A stretch of 24,000 nt of DNA, taken from NCBI GenBank assembly GCA_965214015.1, contig CBDCAS010000022.1:274175-298174 (forward strand), written 5' to 3'. A model generated the notes under the pieces. It made no database searches, was not told the origin of the DNA, and worked only from the letters and a program-made list of their open reading frames with translations. Of this stretch, positions 15,761 to 22,500 are shown in pieces (position 1 is the first letter of the stretch; the number at the start of each line of letters is the position of its first letter). Source of the DNA: Coxiellaceae bacterium. GTDB lineage: Bacteria; Pseudomonadota; Gammaproteobacteria; Coxiellales; Coxiellaceae. The position numbers and the translations under genes are program-made.

Positions 15761-16521
15761 ATGAACTGCAGTGGATAGTTGTGCCTGGAGGCCCAGGATT
15801 GTCAAATAGCTATTTAAGGTATGCTTTGGAAAAGATACCTATAGCGTGTAAGTTACATTTTTATGACGTGTATGGTTCTCCTGAATCTGATAATAAAAAT
15901 CCTAGCCTTAATGAAATGACTGATCAGATTGATCTTGTAGCTAATAAAAATAATCTAAGTGAATATGGTTTAATCACACACTCCTTTGGTAATTACCTTG
16001 TTATGAGAGCATTTCAAAAATCTAAAGGAAGTATTAAAGCAATTATTATGTTAAATCCTATTCCTTATGAATTTCATGCCTGGAAAGAAGCTTTATCTGG
16101 TATTATAAAAAGAGTTCCAGAAACTATTTTTAAGGAGATGATATCTTTATCAAGCTCTGATAAGCCTGATGCTGGAGTTAAGCTATTTCGTTTGATATTC
16201 CGTTACTATGTAGCAAATAGAGATTCAGATTTGCCAGTAGAAGTTCCTTTTGATAGTAATGTATGTAACACTATTGCGGGAAAAGTACCTAAATATAATG
16301 ATAAAGAGTTAGTTTCTTCAGCCTCTATTCCAATAGTAAGGATTGTTGGAGGTTCAGATCTTTTTTTTGATGATCATAAAATTTTGCTAGAAAGAACAAT
16401 TATCTTACCTAAAGTAGGACATTATCCGTTTTTTGGGGATCCAGACAGTTTTTACAAAGCTATAAGAAATGCAGGAGAATTGTTATGTCAGCAGATGGCA
16501 AAAATGACAAAAAAGTGCTGA
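15754..16521 (+). CDS. Alpha/beta hydrolase (S33 prolyl-aminopeptidase-like)
   Basis: The oxyanion motif 'VPGGPG' is only 10 residues from the N-terminus. The nucleophile elbow is 'THSFGN' and a C-terminal 'VGHYPFF' supplies the His. A 7-nt overlap joins it to the upstream ORF. Confidence 0.8.
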   Translation: MLDELQWIVVPGGPGLSNSYLRYALEKIPIACKLHFYDVYGSPESDNKNPSLNEMTDQIDLVANKNNLSEYGLITHSFGNYLVMRAFQKSKGSIKAIIMLNPIPYEFHAWKEALSGIIKRVPETIFKEMISLSSSDKPDAGVKLFRLIFRYYVANRDSDLPVEVPFDSNVCNTIAGKVPKYNDKELVSSASIPIVRIVGGSDLFFDDHKILLERTIILPKVGHYPFFGDPDSFYKAIRNAGELLCQQMAKMTKKC

Positions 16522-16706
16522 TAAGATTGCGTGATATTCGTAGATCCAAAGGTATGTCGCTTAATGCGTTGGCTGATGAGGTTATGGAAGTCATAGCCTT
16601 GATTGAAAATTTTGTTATTATTGATAACTCAGTGGAGGTAGATATGGAAAGTAAAGCAAGGTCTGACATCAAAAGGGAGTTAAAAGTTCTAACTGATGGT
16701 AGCTAA
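16485..16706 (+). CDS. Small (73 aa) XRE-like HTH protein, putative cluster-associated regulator
   Basis: The ATG lies 7 nt after AGGAG (16473-16477). 'LIRLRDIRRSKGMSLNALADEV..ALIEN' resembles the first two or three helices of HTH_3. It overlaps the hydrolase 3' end by 37 nt and the convergent methyltransferase 3' end by 18 nt. Confidence 0.4.
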   Translation: MSADGKNDKKVLIRLRDIRRSKGMSLNALADEVMEVIALIENFVIIDNSVEVDMESKARSDIKRELKVLTDGS

Positions 16707-17807
16707 AATTAATGCAGCATCACTGTGATGATTGTTAAAAAATACGGCGTGTGTTTTTTTATATCCAGTTAATTGCAATACAGTTTGCCAAGTATCAGCT
16801 GATATAAGTGGTGTAAATTTTCTCCAGTTATCATTAAACAACCACCATCCATGAGTTATACCCATGATTAAATTGTTCCAGCGACCGGTTGATGTAGTTT
16901 CTAAAAGACATAAGGTACCATTTTTTGATAATAACGTTTGTAGATTTTTAAGCGTTAATTCTAGATTTGGTGTGGCATGCACGATGTCTTGCCCAATGAT
17001 TATATCATATGAATTTGGAACTAAATTTTGCCCTAATGGCTCTCTTGTTACATCAAATTTGAAGCAATATAAATTACTAATTTGTTTTTTACTTCCATAA
17101 CGTTTCATGTCGATTACGAATCGCTTTGATAAGTCTGTGAAATGATATTTAAGGTTATGTGTAGGTTTGATATAGTCAAACAGTTGACGAGTAAAAAGAC
17201 CACGTCCACCACCTATCTCAAGAATTCGTAGAGGTATAGTATTGTTGATTTTTAATGTAGATTGTATGGCAATGTCTTGAATTATCGGCATTTCTGAGTA
17301 TGTATCTGTGTCTTGAGAGTAGAGTTTATCAAGAAAATTTGTATTGCCTGCGGGGAATAAAATACTAATAGATGGTACTGTTTCTGATAATGCTACTGGG
17401 TAATGATTGACACAGTGCTGGAGAAGTTCAAGTGTACCTTGGAACATCGGATAACTATTTTTCAAAGTTGCTATATCAATTGGTATTTTCTGGTTTGATT
17501 TGAATGTTAGAGAATTACTTTCAATCTTTATTAGGCCATCATCATTAAGAATTTTCAACATATACCTATAAAATTTGGTAAAATTGTTAGTAATGTTTAA
17601 TTTGTTTTTTAATGTATCAATGTTTATCTGTCGACTACAACCAGAAGAGAGCAGATAATTATAAACATAAGCAGCGCATAGCTGATTACACTTTTGAAAA
17701 AAATCGGGAAATTGTTTATCTAAATCAGGAACATTGCGATAAGTTGTTAAGTGAATATTTTCGGCGATATCCATGAAATAATGAAAGTTATTAGTTTCAG
17801 TACGCAT
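16689..17807 (-). CDS. Class I SAM-dependent methyltransferase (type 12-like, with an N-terminal helical domain)
   Basis: 372 aa. Motif I is 'RILEIGGGRGLFTRQL', followed by an acidic 'HFTDLS' post-I region. About 190 aa precede the Rossmann fold, as in natural-product methyltransferases. Confidence 0.85.
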   Translation of the reverse strand: MRTETNNFHYFMDIAENIHLTTYRNVPDLDKQFPDFFQKCNQLCAAYVYNYLLSSGCSRQINIDTLKNKLNITNNFTKFYRYMLKILNDDGLIKIESNSLTFKSNQKIPIDIATLKNSYPMFQGTLELLQHCVNHYPVALSETVPSISILFPAGNTNFLDKLYSQDTDTYSEMPIIQDIAIQSTLKINNTIPLRILEIGGGRGLFTRQLFDYIKPTHNLKYHFTDLSKRFVIDMKRYGSKKQISNLYCFKFDVTREPLGQNLVPNSYDIIIGQDIVHATPNLELTLKNLQTLLSKNGTLCLLETTSTGRWNNLIMGITHGWWLFNDNWRKFTPLISADTWQTVLQLTGYKKTHAVFFNNHHSDAALILATIS

Positions 17808-17816
17808 TAAATTTCT

Positions 17817-18791
17817 CTATAATTTGCTAGTTAACCTCATAACATCTTGGTGTTTGGGTCCTGGTAAACTATCTAAGTAGGCATTGATAGTATCGGTGAC
17901 GGCAGCTTCACAATCTCTGTATACCGGACTACCAGCACCTTTAAATAATTTATAAGTAAGTCTGTTACTTGGTATTGCACTTGCTGTTCGCTTAGCACTC
18001 GCAAGAGTATGAACGGGGTTTTGATCACCTGCCAAAACCAATATAGGACATTCTACATTAAGTAGATATGGCAAGAAGTTAAAGTAATTTAGCTCACGAT
18101 TATTAAAAATGTAAGCAACTTCAGGATTGGTGACACAATTGGTGATCATTTCTGGTTCATAAGGCTTGGTTGCACAATATGGGATACAGGTTCTAACATA
18201 CTCAGCATAGGTCTTAGCATTTGTATTAGAGAACATTTTTTTAGCAACAGAGCATACTTCAGTTACCCTAGTTTCATCATAGCCTTTGTCTCTGACCTTC
18301 TGTGCGAAGTGTTCTAATACTTCATCTAAATTAAATTGAGCATCGGTATCACAAAGAATTAGCCCACCAAGTTTACTTGGATATTGTGTGGCACAGGACA
18401 TTGCAACAAATCCACCAAACGAGACACCAGCTAAGATAGGTTGTTCAATTCCAAAAGCAGTAAAAAAAGTATGAACATCTTTACCCCATTGTTCTAATGT
18501 CCAGAGAGATTCATCACCATAGTCTCTAGTACCCTCTTTTTCATAGTAACTTCGGCCAGAACCTCGATGGTCAATAAATATAACTTGCAAAGGTAAACCA
18601 GATAGATTTTTAGTACTAAATTTAGACCAATAGGATTCATATAGTGTATGATCTACAACCCCTGGACCACCATGAAGAAATATTAAAGTGTGTTGCTTTG
18701 GATTAATTTTTTTATTTAATTCTTCTGTTGAACCATAGACTTTGTAAAATATTCTTATATCATTGGGAATTTCAAAATAATTAGTAAACAT
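17817..18791 (-). CDS. Alpha/beta hydrolase, prolyl aminopeptidase (S33) family
   Basis: 324 aa. It has 'LIFLHGGPG' and the nucleophile elbow 'GVSFGG'. GAGGATAG lies upstream of the ATG. It is 12 nt downstream of the transporter gene. Confidence 0.85.
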   Translation of the reverse strand: MFTNYFEIPNDIRIFYKVYGSTEELNKKINPKQHTLIFLHGGPGVVDHTLYESYWSKFSTKNLSGLPLQVIFIDHRGSGRSYYEKEGTRDYGDESLWTLEQWGKDVHTFFTAFGIEQPILAGVSFGGFVAMSCATQYPSKLGGLILCDTDAQFNLDEVLEHFAQKVRDKGYDETRVTEVCSVAKKMFSNTNAKTYAEYVRTCIPYCATKPYEPEMITNCVTNPEVAYIFNNRELNYFNFLPYLLNVECPILVLAGDQNPVHTLASAKRTASAIPSNRLTYKLFKGAGSPVYRDCEAAVTDTINAYLDSLPGPKHQDVMRLTSKL

Positions 18792-18803
18792 AACTACTAT
18801 CCT

Positions 18804-19514
18804 CTAAGTTTTATTTTTTGTGTCTAATGAAAATGGATTGAAATTTATATTTGATTCAACAACATTTAAGCCAAGCTTACGTTTAAGATAACTCACTAAA
18901 AAAGCTACTGGTATGCCACCAATTATTGTATAACTTAATCTTACTATAAGATCAGATAAAAATAATTTTTCAATTACAATGATAGGTACAGAACCCCAGA
19001 AAGATAATAGAAAGAACACTGCAAGGGCAATAGCACTACCTAGTAAAGTTGAGAATACACTTCGTAACCAAAAAAAACGTCCTTTTAATAAAATTTTCCA
19101 TTTAGTCATTAAAATAATGTTTGCAAATCTACCAATGAACATTGCTAGTACTGCTGCTGGAGCAGTTTTTAGAATGGGGTCAAATATTGCATCATAATTT
19201 GCTTGAGAGTGCCAATAGCTGGGTGATGGCAAGTGTACAATAAATACAACAGCAAGTGAGAAAATAATGGTGCTTGCAAAAATCATCCATAACAAATATC
19301 TTGATACTTTATAACCATATATTTCAACAATAATATCTTCAAGTAAAAAAATAAATGGTAGTATAGCTAATCCACCAGGGCCAACTAGGGGGCCCATAGC
19401 AATTAATTTATATGTGACAGGGATACCAATTAAATTAATGGTATAATAAAGCATAGTTAGAAATCCTAGCACTTTAGATTTTTTATCGAAGTTTAAAGCG
19501 TTATTTGGTTGCAT
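18804..19514 (-). CDS. VUT-family (DUF165, YhhQ-like queuosine-precursor transporter family) membrane protein
   Basis: 236 aa and polytopic. 'LPFIFLLEDIIVEIYGYKVSR' aligns with E. coli YhhQ 'FPFIFLATDLTVRIFGAPLAR'. 'FWLRSVFSTLLGSAIALAVFFLLSF' aligns with 'WWLAPTASTLFGNVSDTLAFFFIAF'. Both YhhQ segments are recalled from memory. GAGGATAG lies upstream of the ATG. Confidence 0.8.
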   Translation of the reverse strand: MQPNNALNFDKKSKVLGFLTMLYYTINLIGIPVTYKLIAMGPLVGPGGLAILPFIFLLEDIIVEIYGYKVSRYLLWMIFASTIIFSLAVVFIVHLPSPSYWHSQANYDAIFDPILKTAPAAVLAMFIGRFANIILMTKWKILLKGRFFWLRSVFSTLLGSAIALAVFFLLSFWGSVPIIVIEKLFLSDLIVRLSYTIIGGIPVAFLVSYLKRKLGLNVVESNINFNPFSLDTKNKT

Positions 19515-19534
19515 TACTCTATCCTCATTCTCAA

Positions 19535-22500
19535 TTATTTATTGAAAAGTTCTTCAAACATATTGTTATCTTGCATCATACTAATGATATTTTGATGTTT
19601 AGCATTGACGTTTATAACTTCAACTGTATTTGTAATTTCTCCCCAAAAGTTTGTGGCATTATTTTCTACGACCATCTCTAAATCAACAGCGTTAGCTTTA
19701 TAGAGTTTAATATGGTGATTAGAAATCTGAGGTTGATAGTTAATTAACATCTTTAAACGCATCCATAGCATTTTTTTCCATAATTCATCTTCAAAAATAT
19801 ATGATTTATCAAGCTTTTTATACCATATGTTTTTAAATAGTCTAAAGACATTGTATTTTTTAGGATACTTTGCCCAACTATCAAGCATAATAATTTGGTT
19901 TACAAAGATTCCTGATTTTTGTAGTTGGAGTGCCATTTCATAGGCTACGTTTCCACCAAATGACCAACCGCATAGTGTAATTTCGTTAGTTAGATGGTCT
20001 TTGAGCATATTGATATAGTATTGAGCCATATCTTCTATAGAATTGATATCAGAATTAATATCATTTAGAACCTGGTTTTCAACACTAATAATTCTAGTAT
20101 TAGGAAGGTAAAGCTCAGAAAAGAAATTATATTGATAACTACTTCCACTACCAGAATGAATCAATACCAGTATGTTTTGGCCATCTTTTTTAAGGATATT
20201 ATATGTAGGTAAATTTCTATTATCCTTTTTAAGAAGAATGGCTATCAATTCCTCAAAATTATTAGATTTATAAAAATCATCTATGCTAATTAATATATTA
20301 TATCTTATATGTATTTGAGTTATGATCCCTAGAGCTATTAATGAGTCACCATCTAAATTAAAAAAATTATCACTTAAATTAACTGAATCCATATCCAAAT
20401 CTTTCGCTATAATATTTAAAATATCTTTAATGATTTCTAAATGCTGCATTCCACTGATTAGTATATGCGTTTGACTGTTATTATTTATATTTTCCAATGG
20501 TTTATTTTTCTTATGCTCAATATTTACATTGTTAGTTTGATTATTAGATTCAAAAAAATATTTTTCTGTATTTTGAAAAATAGCAGTTGAGTCATGCTTT
20601 TCTCTGAAATTTGATGCAGTTTTTTCAGATTTTAATAGTACATGAACGTTGGTACCACCAATGCCAAACGAGCTCACTCCGGCATATAAAACATCTTTGG
20701 ATAAGTTTACAATTCTCGCGTTAATTATAAATTTTTCGGAAAATTCATGACATAGTGGATTCCATTTCTTAAAATTAATTTGTGGCGGGATGATCTTTTG
20801 GTTTAAAACTAGAGCTGTTTTAATTAATCCACATAAGCCAGCTGCTGCACCTGTATGACCAATATTTGCTTTACTTGCACCAAGATAAGTTATATTTCCA
20901 TTACTGTTTGTTATTGATTCAGATAAAGCTTTTAATTCAACTGCATCGCCAATTTTAGTACCTGTGCCGTGAGTTTCTATAAATTTTAATGACTCAGTAT
21001 TGAAATTTTGGTATATATTTTTTAGACAGTTACTTTGCCCTGAAATACTCGGTGCAATGTAACCAACTTTATCATTGCCATCATTATTAATTGAATAACT
21101 CTGGATGGTGGCAACTATGCTGTCACCATCTTGAATAGCAGCTTCATGTTTTTTAAGTGCAATGGCCACTACAGCAGAACCAGGTACAGTGCCTGACGAG
21201 TTTTCATCAAAAGGACAACACTTACCATCATTAGACATAATACCATCCGGCTCAAAATAGTATCCAGGCAAATATTCCTCGAGAACCATAGAAGCAGCGC
21301 AGACAATGGCAATCTCACATTCATTATTTTTTAGACTGTTTATCGCTTGAGTACATGCTGTAAGAGAGCTTGAACAGGCAGTACTCACAGTAACAGCAGG
21401 ACCATTTAAACCCAGCTTATAAGCAATTCGGGTTGCAATAAAGTCTCTAGAATTTCCATATTGAAGATTTCGTTTAACTTGCCAAGGTAAATTATTTTCG
21501 TGGATAAGTTTTTTATATTGTGAACTATCTATGCTTGCAAATACACCTATATTTTGATTTTTGATTGTAGTTTCAATGTTTGCATTTAGTAAACACGCGT
21601 AACAAATTTCTAACAACATTCGTTGTTGTGGATCAATATATTTTGCCTCTGAAGGTGAGATTTTAAAAAATTTAGCATCAAAAATATATGGATTATTCAG
21701 TACACCCGCAATGGGTATAAAAGATTCATCATACTTTGATAAACTCACGGATGTATTGAAATTTGTTAGGCAATTCTTTCCATCAAGTAAATTTTGCCAA
21801 AAATATGAGATGTTATCAGCGTCTGGAAATTTACCAGCCATACCAATTATTGCAACAGTTTGATTATCTGATGTATTCCTTGATAGTTTTGTGATTTCAT
21901 CGGTGTTTACTTGTGATGGATTATGTAGATAATGATTAAGTTTTTCTATGCTAGGATAGTTAAAAATATCTATTACACTAATCGATTTTTGAAGTGCTGC
22001 AGAAAGTTCGGCGGCTAGTTGAACGGCTAATATTGAATTCCCACCAATTTCAAAGAAATTATCATCAAGTTCAGAAGTCTCATGTTTCAGCAATTTTTCC
22101 CAGATATGTCTGATTATGTTAATATCAGTATTCACAGGCCATTTTTTTATATTTTTTTGCTTCTTCTTTGCTTTGCTATCTAAATAGGATTTAAGATTCT
22201 TAAAGTCTATTTTTCCATTCGTTGTTTTTGGAAGTTTTGCAATTATTTCAAAGCGACTAGGAAGCATGTATATCGGTAGCTTCATACTGGCGAAATTCTT
22301 GAGTGCTCTAATTAAGTCAGTTTCATCTGCCATTGGTAGTTGCAAGATTGGCAACTTGTTAATTTGATTGATAGACTTCCTACTAGCAAATACTATAAAT
22401 AAATTTGTTTCAGTCAAAGAGTCAATTTTATAACAATGTAGATTATATCCTTTTATTGTTAACAATTCTTTTATGGGAGTAAGTCTACTATCAACATTAT

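Noticed and set aside
14217-19197. Short antisense ORFs inside cluster genes (14217..14474-, 14429..14614-, 16460..16672-, 16864..17100+, 18979..19197+)
   Set aside because: Each is embedded antisense in a gene with clear family motifs. Their low-complexity AT-rich translations make them shadow ORFs.
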